Assembly (NCBI GenBank): GCA_965219205.1
Contig: CBDCMQ010000005.1
Location: forward strand, 68,338 to 132,337
Source: Dehalococcoidia bacterium
GTDB taxonomy: Bacteria; Chloroflexota; Dehalococcoidia; DSTF01; WHTK01
DNA: 64,000 bases
Direction: 5' to 3'
This document shows, one piece after another, positions 26,898 to 37,249 of the stretch. Positions within the stretch are counted from its first letter, which is position 1, and each line of letters opens with the position of its first letter. The notes under the pieces were generated by a model. The model made no database searches. It was not told the origin of the DNA and saw only the letters and a list, made by a program, of their open reading frames with translations. The position numbers were made by a program, and so were the translations under genes.

Positions 26898-28081
26898 ATG
26901 GCTCCTTGCTGGCGTAGTTCACTGATGCCGTCTGTGTCGTAGCCCAGCCACTCCAACACCTCGTCGGTGTGCTCTCCCATCTCGGGCGTGGGCCGCCGGA
27001 TTGCCGGCCGGCCACCGGCGTTGCTCAGACTGACCGCCTGGCCCACGACCTCCTGGTCGCCCAACCGCGGGTGTTTTACTGGACTCGCCATCCCCAGGTG
27101 GCGCACCTGGGCGTCGTCCATGGTCTGATCGATGCTATAGATCGGACCGCATGGCACACCGGCCTCGTTTAGGATATCAACCCATTCGTTGGTCGGCCGA
27201 GTCTTGGTGTGCTCCGATATGGCTTGGTTGATCTTTTGCCGGTTTTTCGAGCGGCTTGGGCCATCCTTGTAGTCAGGGTCTTCTAGCCATTCCGGCGCTC
27301 CAAGGGCCTTGGAAAGCCGCCGTACACCCTCGTCACTGCCGGAAGCGATGTTCATGTGACCGTCCGCGGTTGGAAACACGCCGGTGGGAATGCTGGTCGG
27401 ATGGTCGTTGCCGGCTTGGGGAGGCACCTCGTGGCCGATCAGCCAGCGCGCCGCCTGGAAGTCCAGCATGGCGATCTGCGCTTCCAGCAACGAGGTGTGC
27501 ACCCACTGGCCCTCTCCGGTTCGCTCTCGCTCGTGCAGTGCCACCAGCATGCCCATGGCCAAAAACACGCCCGCGGTGAGATCAGCAACCGGGATTCCGA
27601 CCCGCATCGGCCCCGCGCCCGGTTCGCCGGTCACAGACATCAGTCCGCCCATGCCCTGAGCGATCTGGTCGTAACCCGGCCTTTCGCTGTAAGGGCCGGT
27701 CTGACCAAAACCGGAAATGCTGCCGTAGATGATCCGTGGATTGACCTTGCGCAGGTCTTCGTAATCAATGCCAAGGCGCGATTTGACGTCGGGCCGATAG
27801 TTTTCCACGACCATGTCGGCCTTGGCCACGAGCTGCATGAAAATTTCATGGCCCTGCTCCGACTTCAGGTTGATCGTCATGTCGCGCTTGTTGCGGTGCA
27901 GGTTCTGAAAGTCGAATCCATCGCGCGCGCCGCCAAACGGGTCAGCACCCTCGGCGGCAGGCTCCTCGATTTTGATCACATCTGCGCCCCAGTCGGCCAG
28001 TTGCCGCACGGAGGTAGGCCCGCTGCGCACCCGCGTCAGGTCCAGCACCAGCAAATCGGAAAGGGGAAGGCCGTCTGGCAT
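26894..28081 (-). CDS. family III CoA-transferase (CaiB-like), paralog of 36065..37249
   Basis: LSDLLVLDLTRVRSGPTSVRQLADWGADVIKIEEP... SD aggag. Confidence 0.9.
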   Translation of the reverse strand: MPDGLPLSDLLVLDLTRVRSGPTSVRQLADWGADVIKIEEPAAEGADPFGGARDGFDFQNLHRNKRDMTINLKSEQGHEIFMQLVAKADMVVENYRPDVKSRLGIDYEDLRKVNPRIIYGSISGFGQTGPYSERPGYDQIAQGMGGLMSVTGEPGAGPMRVGIPVADLTAGVFLAMGMLVALHERERTGEGQWVHTSLLEAQIAMLDFQAARWLIGHEVPPQAGNDHPTSIPTGVFPTADGHMNIASGSDEGVRRLSKALGAPEWLEDPDYKDGPSRSKNRQKINQAISEHTKTRPTNEWVDILNEAGVPCGPIYSIDQTMDDAQVRHLGMASPVKHPRLGDQEVVGQAVSLSNAGGRPAIRRPTPEMGEHTDEVLEWLGYDTDGISELRQQGAI

Positions 28082-28228
28082 TTATAGCTCCTGAGCAGGT
28101 AATCGGTCAATTTTCGAGTGATCTAATGCTGCCAATTTGACAGGAGCGAGTCACATGGCGTCAAGAGCAATGTCCCGCACTGGCGGGCTGACCCGCGATT
28201 CCGTCGCTTACACGGGGCAGGCTCGCCT

Positions 28229-29329
28229 TTAGCCGGCGAAGATGTCCTCCGGCAAGAACGCTGACACGGTGAAATTTGGTATGTCGACGACGTTGGCCAT
28301 GCGCAGGTCGACCGCAACGCTGCAAATTATGTAGGCCTGTTCGCGGCTCCAGCCGCGCTCCTGCAACAGATCGATCATGTTTATCAGGGCGTTTCGGGTT
28401 GCCAGGTTGAGGTCGCCATCCTCCTGGGTACCGTCCTCGCGGATCGGCATACCGGTTGTCGCGATAACGTTGCGTGGCGCCGCCCACTCCGGTTGGAGAA
28501 AGTAGCCGGGGTGCGAAAAGCGAGGCTAGCGGATGTTGTGCCGCGCCGCCTCTCCCGGATGCAGGTGGAAACGCACGGCGGCGGTGGCGCCCATTTCTAT
28601 CGCGGTGATGCACGCTTCACCATCGCCCTGGGCGAAGTGGCCGTCGCCGGCGGAGTACAGCGCACCGGGTACCTGCACCGGCACAATCAGGCGTGAGCCC
28701 TTGGTTAGCTGTTTGGCGTCGATATTGCCGCAGGTTTCGCGCGGCGGCATCGTCCGCGCGGCTTCTTTGCCAAGGCTTTCCGGTACTGCGCTATCAAGGT
28801 CTGGCAGCAGTGCGCGGCCGCCTCTCCCAACCAGGTCGGCCTCGCGGCGGTTCCAGGTCGCCAGCATCTCGTGCGAGGGAGCAACGCCTGCCGTGCCCAT
28901 GAATGATCCGTCGGGGATGTGGACGCCCGGCAACTTTGGTGATGTCGCCCAACCGTCTTTGATATCCCACATGGACCATGTAGGCCTCAGGAAAGAGGTC
29001 CGCCAGGAAACCGCCGGTTGGGCCCAGGCGGGTGAACCCCCAGTTCTGTGGGGTGATCTCCAAGTACTCGATCTCTAGCAGATCTCCGGGCTGAGCTCCC
29101 TTTACGTAGACCGGACCGGTGAGTGGATGCACACTACCGAGGCCTTCGCCGACCTGGTCCGAGCCGTAGACGACGTTGCCATCGACCGCGTCACGCGTCT
29201 CGAGCACAACCTCTTCTCCGGGGTCTGACTCGACGATCGGTTCGATGTCAGGGTGCCAGCGGTTGTGACCTGTACCGGGTCGTCTTTTAGCCGCTTGGAG
29301 CGATCGATTGACACAGTTTTCATCTGCAA
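28229..29329 (-). pseudogene. acetamidase/formamidase (FmdA/AmdA) family gene with two frameshifts and an in-frame TAG
   Basis: Four fragments: MKTVSIDRSKRLKDDP | GTGHNRWHPDIEP...PEAYMVH | WDIKDGW...GDGEACITAIE...HNIR * PRFSHPGY...MPIREDG...FLPEDIFAG. The shifts are near 29275..29283 (C-run) and 28968..28980. The TAG is at 28526..28528. Confidence 0.8.
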
Positions 29330-29454
29330 ACCTCGGTTCTTTGCTCGCCGTTACGTGTCGAGAGCCTACGCCAAAATGGCCAAAAGCGCGACATTCTTGC
29401 TGCACGTAGATTGGCAGCGTCCGAGGAAGCTCAATCGAGTAAGATAGCTGCCAT

Positions 29455-30313
29455 CATGATGACAGACGCCCAGGTTCACCTCTTCGACGCTAACACTCCT
29501 TCGCGGCGGTGGCCTACTGATGGCCGGGCTGAGCCGGTAACCAAACTGCCAAGCTTCGGCGGTGAGCACATGCTCGGCGCCATGAAAGCCATCGGTGTAG
29601 ATCGAGCCGTCATCGTGCCGCCGGTCTGGGCTGGTGACCACAACCTGACGGCCCTGGAGGTCGCTAATGCTTACCCAGATCAATTCGCTGTGATGGGGAG
29701 AATCGATCCTTGGGCTGATGACACGCCTGCACGTTTGGAGAGTTGGCTGGACCAGCCTGGGATGCTCGGCATCCGCGTTAGCTCACGATGGGGCATTCAT
29801 CTAGGGCTATTCGAGAAGATGGCCAACGACCAGGATCTGGGCTGGTTCTGGGACGCCTGCGAGGGTCTGGAAATCCCCGTGATGTGCTTGACCCGTGACG
29901 GTATTGCCGGGCTGGAGCCGATTGTTTCGGCCCATCCGCGATTGCGAATCATCATCGACCACCTGGGCATGACCGAGGGTTCTACTTTGGACCTCGCGTT
30001 TCGCCATCTCGATACGTTGGTGGCGCTGGCCCGCTCTGAAAATGTCCATATGAAGGTCAGCATGGCGCCAAACCACTCGCACGAGCCTTACCCGTTCACG
30101 GACGTTCAGCCGATCTTGCGCCGGATTTACGATGCTTACGGTGCCCGCAGGATGTTGTGGGCTGCCGACATGACTCAGCTCTCAAAGAACACCTACGCCG
30201 AGTGTCTGCGTTTGTGGCAGGAGGGTTTGCCATTTCTCAGTGCATCGGACCGCGACCTGATACTCGGTGGGGCTGTCGCGGAGGTCCTGCCCTGGCCTGA
30301 GCCGTCCGTCTAG
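29455..30313 (+). CDS. amidohydrolase_2-type (TIM-barrel metal-dependent hydrolase/decarboxylase) protein
   Basis: MMTDAQVHLFD and IIIDHLGM motifs. The start is set at ATG 29455; the ORF begins at 29411. Confidence 0.75.
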
Positions 30314-30341
30314 GCCAGGGCAGAACCCACCGGCTGCTCTG

Positions 30342-33300
30342 TTAAGTGCCGCGTGGGATTACCGGCGCCATGCCGGATTTGTCGACAAGCTGGTTAAACG
30401 CCTCGAGATCGCTAGCCAGAACTGCTTCCAAGAGTCCAAGCTGCTCATCCAGCAGCCCCGTGTAGTGAGCCAAGACCTCATAGGACTGCTTGGTAGGCAC
30501 AGATTCGGCGCTTGAGACTGCGGCTGCCAAAATCCCGATCTTGTTGTTGAGCCGGCTTGGATGGTTGAGCCTCGCGTCCTGAGGGATTCGTGCCTTCTTT
30601 TGAATTAGCTGCTCTTCAATCGCCTCAAGCTTGCCTTTGACCTGGCTGGCGGCCTGAGCAATTGCATCGGCGTCCGGCCTGCCCTCGGCGCGCTTGGTCC
30701 ACTCGTCCATTTGAGTCACCACGCTACGCAACTGGTTGATCGATCCATTCGCTTTTGAGAGTGTGTCCCGGATACTGGTTATCAGCTCAAATTGCGCGTC
30801 GAGATCCTCTTGGGTAGCCCTGATGCGGGGGTCTTTTAGAAGCGCAAAGCTCTGCTCCAAAACCGCATCACCGACCTTGAGCTGGACCTTGTAGGTGCTC
30901 GGCGGCATAGCCGGCCCGTTTAACAGCGCGGCGGTGGTTACGTCACCGGGTACTCTTGTCGCACTGGTGCCGCGTAGGTTCCACTCGAAGCGGTTCAGGC
31001 CCTGCTTGGCCGGCGCTAGCGGGTCGCGTTGCTCGGCAGGAAGGTCGCAGGCGTTTGCCGCCTCTTTGCTCGAGAAGGATCGGATTACCCCACCGCTACT
31101 GTCGAGGAAGGTCAGGGTCAACTCTTCGTCGACCTGGTTCGGCAGATAGTAGTGGACCACCGCGCCGCTGGCTGGGTTTTTGCCGGCATCAAGGAAGACC
31201 CGTTTACTCTCGCCTCCTTCGGGCTTGGCCGTGTCGTAAAACGCGATAGGCAGGTTAACTGACCCCAGCTTGTAGCTCTTGCTGCCGGCTGGCGGCGCCC
31301 GACCGGATTCGGCGGCAACCTTGAATTGAGTCTTGTCACGCGGGCGTAGGAGCTGCACTTTCGCTGTATCGAGATCGAAGTAGGCCTGCCGCAGGGTCTG
31401 CAGATCGTCAAGGATCCAAAAGGCGCGTCCGTGGCTTGCCAGAACGAGGTCATCCTCTTTGATCAGCAGGTCATAGACGGGGCACACCGGCAGGTTCAAC
31501 TGCAAGGACTGCCAGTGCTCGCCATCGTCCAACGACACGTAGACGCCGGTTTCCGTTCCGCTGTAGAGCAGTCCACGCCGGGATGGGTCCTCCCGAATCA
31601 CGCGCGTTATCTCGCCGACACCGTTGGTGATCGACTTCCAGGTCTTGCCGTAGTCCTCCGTCTTGAACAGGAATGGCGCGAAGTCGTTATCGACCTTGTA
31701 GCGAGTTGCCGAAACATAGGCGACCGCTGCGTCGTGCGGTGACGGTTCGATCGTGCCTACCTGAGTCCATTCCGGCAAACCGGTTGGCGTTACGTCTTGC
31801 CAGTCTTTGCCGCCGTTATGGGAGATATGGATCAGGCCGTCATCGGAGCCGGCCCAGAGCAATCCTTCCTGAAGCGGCGACTCAGCAAAGGCGAAGATTG
31901 TGCAATAGTATTCCGCTCCAGAGATGTCGTTGGTGATCGGTCCCCCGGATGGTTCAAGCTTGGTTACATCGTTGCGGGTTAGGTCTGGGCTAATTGGCTC
32001 CCAACTCGTTCCTTCGTCGGTGGACCGGAAGACCATGTTGCCGGCGCAGTAAAGAACGTTTTGGTCGTGCGGCGAAAGCAAAATCGGGAAGGTCCATTGG
32101 AAGCGATACTTGGCGTCCTTGGGCCCGACGCCGCCGGCCAATTCCGGCCACACGGTTACGACGCGTTGCTGTTGGGTGCGGTGGTCGTAGCGCAAGAGAG
32201 CGCCACCGCCGCCCTCCGAGCTGCCTATGGCGCCGGAGAAAACTATGTTGGGATCGTCAGGCAGAACCTGAATGTGGCCGCTTTCCGAGGTACCAACCGA
32301 ATAGCAGTCCTGTATCGGTATGGCACCACGTGTGGATCGGCTTGGAACGCTCATGGCCGAATTGTCTTGCTGAGTGCCGTAGACGCGGTAAGGAGACTGA
32401 GTGTCGACGGCGACGTGATAGAACTGCGCCGTTGGTTGGTTGTAGATCGATGACCAGGTTGAGCCACCGTTGAAGGAAACGCAGGCACCGCCGTCGTTGC
32501 CCTCGACCATTCGCTGCGGGTCGTTCGGGTCAATCCAGAGGTCATGATTGTCGCCGTGGGGTGTCGGCAGCGCGGTAAACGTCTTGCCGCCATCGATGGA
32601 TTTCCAGGCCTGGACGTTAAGGCTATAGACCGTTTCGGGGTCGACCGGGTCGGCGAAAACGTGCTCGTAGTACCAGTGCCTCAACTGCAGGTTGGGCTCG
32701 TCGGAGACCCGCTGCCAGGTATCACCCGCGTCCTCGCTGCGATAAATACCGCTGCCACCGTCCGCGGCTTCGATTGTTGCCCACACGCGCTCAGGCTTTG
32801 GTGGCGAAACCGCGATGCCCATACGGCCCTTCAGGCCCTTTGGCAAGCCGGGATTGTCGGTAATGTTGACCCAGCTGTCACCGCCGTCCAGAGATTTAAA
32901 GATGCTGCTCTCAGGCCCGCCGCTGCTCAGCTTCCAGAATGTCCTGTTTGCTTCCCAGATGGTCGCGTAGAGGATGCGTGGGTTTGTCGGGTCTAGCGAG
33001 AGATCGGCTGCCCCGGCGTCCGGGTGCCGAAACAGCGCGCGATCCCAGGTCTTGCCGCCGTCGCGGCTGCGATAGATACCTCGAGCTTCATGAGATTCGG
33101 TCATGTGGCCGAGAGCAGCGACGTAAACCGTGTCCGGGTCTTTCGGGTGGATCCGGATCACGGGCGATGTGCTGCGTGTCGCTCAGGCCAACGTTGCTCC
33201 AGGTCTTACCGCCGTCCGTGGACTTATACACACCGTCGCCGTGAGATACGTCACCGCGGATGCAGGACTCGCCCATTCCGGCGTAGATAACGTTTGGGTC

Positions 33301-33531
33301 GGACTCCGACACCGCCATCGCACCGACCGAGGCCGTATTGAAGAAGCTGTCCGAGATGTTCTGCCAATAAGTTCCGCCATCAGTAGTCTTCCAGACGCCG
33401 CCAGCGGCGCCACCGAAGTAGAAGGTCATCGGGTTGGTTGGATGACCGGCGACCGCCACAACTCTGCCGCCGCGATGGGGTCCGATATTGCGCCACTCCA
33501 AGGTTTGGTTGAGGGTTGAGACTTCTAGCAT
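30342..33531 (-). CDS. BNR/Asp-box beta-propeller protein (sortilin/VPS10-like, 'glycosyl hydrolase BNR repeat' type), interrupted by a frameshift
   Basis: About eleven Asp-boxes (TTDGGTYW, STDGGKTW, SRDGGKTW, SLDGGDSW, SEDAGDTW, STDEGTSW, TEDYGKTW...). The ORFs 33088..33531 and 30342..33161 join near 33160 (..TQHIAR|IRIHPKDPDTVYV..). Confidence 0.75.
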
Positions 33532-33707
33532 GATGCATCACTCCTGTTCAGGCGGCGCGGGGGTTTTCGCCCGTGACTATAGCATCAATTAAGCGCCGGC
33601 AATGGCCGTGGGCCTTGCCGGGAGCGAAGGCAACGTCCTTCAAGGTGCTCAAATGAGAAAACTCCTCGCCGCTTCTAAGTCTGCGCATAGCAGGCTAGTC
33701 TTAGGCG

Positions 33708-34418
33708 ATGCTGGTAGTTATCGCCGCGCTGGTCGTATCGGCGCTTGGCTTCACGCTTTCGGCCTCTGCCGGCTTGGGTGGCTCGTTAATAATCGTGCCG
33801 GCTCTAAGCGTGTTGCTGGGAACTAAGGAAGGCATCGCTCTGGGCGCCATGCTGCTTGCTGCCAACAATGTCGCGAAGGTGGCAGTCTATCGAAAGACGA
33901 TACCGTTGCGCATCGCGCTTGGCGTTCTTGTCTTGACGATCGCGGGCGCCGCCGTCGGGGCCCGGCTCCTGGTAGATGCGCCGGAGGAATGGGTTGGCCC
34001 AGCGGTCATCGTCAGTTTTATCATCGCCTTTGTTTTTGAACGGCGCCGGCTTTCCCTGGCCCAGAAGGTTGCCGCGCCAGTGCTGGCTTTCGGTGCCGGC
34101 GCGACCTCCGGATTCTCTGGAACCTCAGGCCCTTTGAAAGGGATGGCGCTGCGCAACCTGCGCCAGGACCGTCTGAACTTTGTTGGCGCCGCTTCAGTCG
34201 TCTCACTGGCGAACGACGCGACAAAGTCGGCGATTTATTCGGAGGCTAACCTGATCGACGGCGAAGCCCTCATAGTTCTGGCGCTCGCCTTGCCGCTGAT
34301 GCCCTTGGCCACTCTTACGGGCCGGCAGATCAATAGCAGCCTAGGCGAAAAAGCTTTTACCGGGATGTTCTGGCTGGTGATGCTCGGTTACTCAGCCAGA
34401 ATCGTCATCAATCTGTGA
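33708..34418 (+). CDS. TSUP (TauE/SafE) family anion exporter
   Basis: 236 aa, multi-pass. SAGLGGSLIIVPAL and GAGATSGFSG repeats are typical of TauE/SafE. Confidence 0.8.
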   Translation: MLVVIAALVVSALGFTLSASAGLGGSLIIVPALSVLLGTKEGIALGAMLLAANNVAKVAVYRKTIPLRIALGVLVLTIAGAAVGARLLVDAPEEWVGPAVIVSFIIAFVFERRRLSLAQKVAAPVLAFGAGATSGFSGTSGPLKGMALRNLRQDRLNFVGAASVVSLANDATKSAIYSEANLIDGEALIVLALALPLMPLATLTGRQINSSLGEKAFTGMFWLVMLGYSARIVINL

Positions 34419-34532
34419 TTCAGTCGCTACGAGAGGAATTGCCTCGTTCCGCCCAAAGCGAACGCCGGTATCGTCCCGCGGAGCGTTTCTCATCCCATTG
34501 ACGACCGCTCGATCGTCTACTACCCTCGGGCA

Positions 34533-35966
34533 ATGTTTGACACGGTGATCAAAAACGGCCAGGTAGTTACGCCACAGGGTGTGGGCAGTTGGGATATCGG
34601 CATCGTCGGCGAGCAGATCGCCGCGGTCGGCCTGCCGGATTCGCTGCCAACCGAGTCCTCAAGGGTGATTGACGCGGCGGGCAAGACCGTAGTCCCCGGT
34701 GGCATTGATCCGCACACCCATCTCGCGCATTTGATCATGAGTAATCCGGAGAAGCCCGAATACACCCTGGGCCCGGAGGATGACACGCGCGGCATGGTGT
34801 TTGGCGGCACGACAACCCACATAGACTTCGCTTACGTCCGACCCGGAGACGAGATTTCTGACGCGATCGAGAAGAGGCAAGCCCGTTGGGTCGGCAATTC
34901 TTACAATGATTACGCGTTCCATGTCGCGCTTTGCGGGCCGCTTGACCTTCAGGTTTTCGAGCAGATTCCAGACGCAATCCAGCAAGGATTTCCCAGCTTT
35001 AAGGTCTTTACGACCAATATCCTGCCGCCCGATCCGGACCGGCTTGGCAATCGCCTGGACTTCGGCCGCATCGGCTTCGCCATGGACAAGATCGTCGCCA
35101 ATGGCGGGTTGCTCGTGGTCCACGGTGAGGATGAGGACGTGGTCCAATTCAACTACGAGCAGTTCCGGGCTGAGGAACGTATGTCCGGCACCAACATGCA
35201 TTTGGTCCACAGCAAGCTATCGGAAATGCTCGCGTTTCGCCGCACCACGGCGCTGGCTCGCGCCAAAGACGCCGCGGTCTACTTCGTCCACACATCCGCC
35301 AAGGAAGGGGTGGACGCGATCGCCGAGGCGCGTTCTCTTGGTCAGCCGGTCTACGGCGAAACCTTGCACCAGTATTGTTGCTTCAACGCCGAGCACTATA
35401 AGACGCCGCGTGGGTTCTGCTCTCACACATATCCTTCGTTGAAGTTTCCCGAGGATCAGGATGCACTCTGGAACGGTCTGGTTCACAGCGGCCTGGCCAC
35501 GTTGGCAACCGACGAGTACCCGACCTCGCTGGCCGTCAAGATGAGGGGCAACCTGATCGACAACGTCACCGGCGGCAACGTCGGTGCCGAGGCGCGGATG
35601 GGCATCGCCTGGAGCGAAGGAGTTGTCAAGCGGGGTATGTCACTGCAGCGCTTCGCCGAAATCACCTCATCAAATGCCGCGCGCCTTTTCGGACTAGATC
35701 CAGCCAAGGGCACGATTGCGACTGGCGGTGATGCCGACTTGGTGTTTATCGACCCTGAAGTGAGCAAGACGCTTACGGTCGATGATTTTCACGTCACCGA
35801 TTACAGCCCATGGGAGGGCTGGCCGGTTTCAGGCTGGCCGGTACTGACCATGCTGCGCGGCCAGGTCGTCGTAGATGACGGAAAGTTGGTTGGCAAACCC
35901 GGTGACGGCCGTCTCGCCACCGCGCGCAAAATCGGGAGCCCCGTGCTGAATGGTCCGGTCCTCTAA
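34533..35966 (+). CDS. dihydropyrimidinase/D-hydantoinase-like cyclic amidohydrolase
   Basis: VIKNGQVV...VVPGGIDPHTHL, SFKVF (carboxylated-Lys region), and VHGED, FVHTS, ATDE motifs. Confidence 0.85.
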   Translation: MFDTVIKNGQVVTPQGVGSWDIGIVGEQIAAVGLPDSLPTESSRVIDAAGKTVVPGGIDPHTHLAHLIMSNPEKPEYTLGPEDDTRGMVFGGTTTHIDFAYVRPGDEISDAIEKRQARWVGNSYNDYAFHVALCGPLDLQVFEQIPDAIQQGFPSFKVFTTNILPPDPDRLGNRLDFGRIGFAMDKIVANGGLLVVHGEDEDVVQFNYEQFRAEERMSGTNMHLVHSKLSEMLAFRRTTALARAKDAAVYFVHTSAKEGVDAIAEARSLGQPVYGETLHQYCCFNAEHYKTPRGFCSHTYPSLKFPEDQDALWNGLVHSGLATLATDEYPTSLAVKMRGNLIDNVTGGNVGAEARMGIAWSEGVVKRGMSLQRFAEITSSNAARLFGLDPAKGTIATGGDADLVFIDPEVSKTLTVDDFHVTDYSPWEGWPVSGWPVLTMLRGQVVVDDGKLVGKPGDGRLATARKIGSPVLNGPVL

Positions 35967-36064
35967 AATCGCGGAAGCGCTGGCTCTCAAATTAGCAATA
36001 TCGAGTCAATGAGTATTCCTGAGACGGCCGCTCGCCGGTCGAGGGTCACGAATGGAAGGCACAC

Positions 36065-37249
36065 ATGAATGACGGCCTGCCCCTTTCCGATTTGCTGGTA
36101 TTGGACCTGACCCGCGCCCGCGCCGGCCCCACGGCAGTTCGGCAACTGGCCGACTGGGGCGCCGACGTAATCAAGATCGAGGAGCCGGCCGATGCCGGCG
36201 CTGACATCATGGGCGGCGGACGCGACGGTGTCGATTTCCAGAACCTGCAGCGCAACAAGCGCAGCATGACGCTTAACCTCAAGTCGGAGCAGGGTCTGGA
36301 AGTTTTCATGCAGCTTGTAGCCAAGGCTGACGTGATCGTTGAGAACTACCGGCCGGACGTTAAGTCCCGGCTTGGTATCGATTTCGAGGCCGTGAGCAAG
36401 GTCAATCCGCGCATCGTTTACGGCAGCATCTCCGGCTTCGGTCAGACCGGTCCCTACAGCGGCCGGCCCGGCTACGACCAGATCGCCCAAGGGATGGGCG
36501 GACTGATGTCCGTGACGGGGCTGCCTGGCCAGGGTCCCGTGCGCGTCGGCGTGCCAATCGCCGACCTTTCATCAGGCATGTACCTGGCGCTGGGAATGCT
36601 GGTGGCGTTGCACGAGTGTGAGCGCACCGGCAAGGGCAAGTGGGTGCACACTTCCTTGCTGGAGGCGCAGATCGCCATGATGGACTTCCAGATGTCGCGC
36701 TGGCTGATTGGCCATGAAGTGCCGCCTCAGGCGGGTAACGACCATCCGACCAGCATCCCGACTGGTGTGTTCCCCACCACCGACGGCCACATGAACATCG
36801 CCGCCGCTGGCGACTCGATGTTCACGCGCCTTTGCAACGCCCTGGGGGCTCCGGAACTGCTCGAGAACCCCGACTACAAGGACTCGGAGAGCCGCTCCCA
36901 GAACCGGGTGGCGCTAAACGAAGCCTTGACGAAGTGCACTGAAATGCGATCGACCGCGGAATGGATCGAGGTTCTAAATCAGGCCGGAGTGCCAAGCGGG
37001 CCGATCTTTAGCGTCGACCAAACCGCGGCCGACCCCCAGGTGCAGCATCTGAGAATTGCCACTCCGGTAACCCACCCGCGTCTGGGCGAGCTGGAAGTGG
37101 TTGGTCAGCCGGTCAGTCTCGGCCCCGAAGGCCGGCCTAGCATCCGCCGTCATTCGCCCGATCTGGGCGAGCATACGGAGGAGGTGCTTGGGTGGTTGGG
37201 CTATAACGCGGCGGCAATCAGTGAGCTACACGAACAAGAGGCGATCTAG
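36065..37249 (+). CDS. family III CoA-transferase (CaiB-like), close paralog of 26894..28081
   Basis: MNDGLPLSDLLVLDLTRARAGPTAVRQLADWGADVIKIEEP.. By eye, roughly four of five residues are identical to the 26894..28081 product over the N-terminal two thirds. Confidence 0.9.
   Translation: MNDGLPLSDLLVLDLTRARAGPTAVRQLADWGADVIKIEEPADAGADIMGGGRDGVDFQNLQRNKRSMTLNLKSEQGLEVFMQLVAKADVIVENYRPDVKSRLGIDFEAVSKVNPRIVYGSISGFGQTGPYSGRPGYDQIAQGMGGLMSVTGLPGQGPVRVGVPIADLSSGMYLALGMLVALHECERTGKGKWVHTSLLEAQIAMMDFQMSRWLIGHEVPPQAGNDHPTSIPTGVFPTTDGHMNIAAAGDSMFTRLCNALGAPELLENPDYKDSESRSQNRVALNEALTKCTEMRSTAEWIEVLNQAGVPSGPIFSVDQTAADPQVQHLRIATPVTHPRLGELEVVGQPVSLGPEGRPSIRRHSPDLGEHTEEVLGWLGYNAAAISELHEQEAI

Noticed and set aside
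37246-37249. The convergent CoA-transferase and phosphotriesterase-like genes share the palindrome CTAG as both of their stop codons.
   Set aside because: This is real in the sequence, but it is a trivial consequence of TAG being self-overlapping in CTAG. There is no functional implication beyond tight packing.
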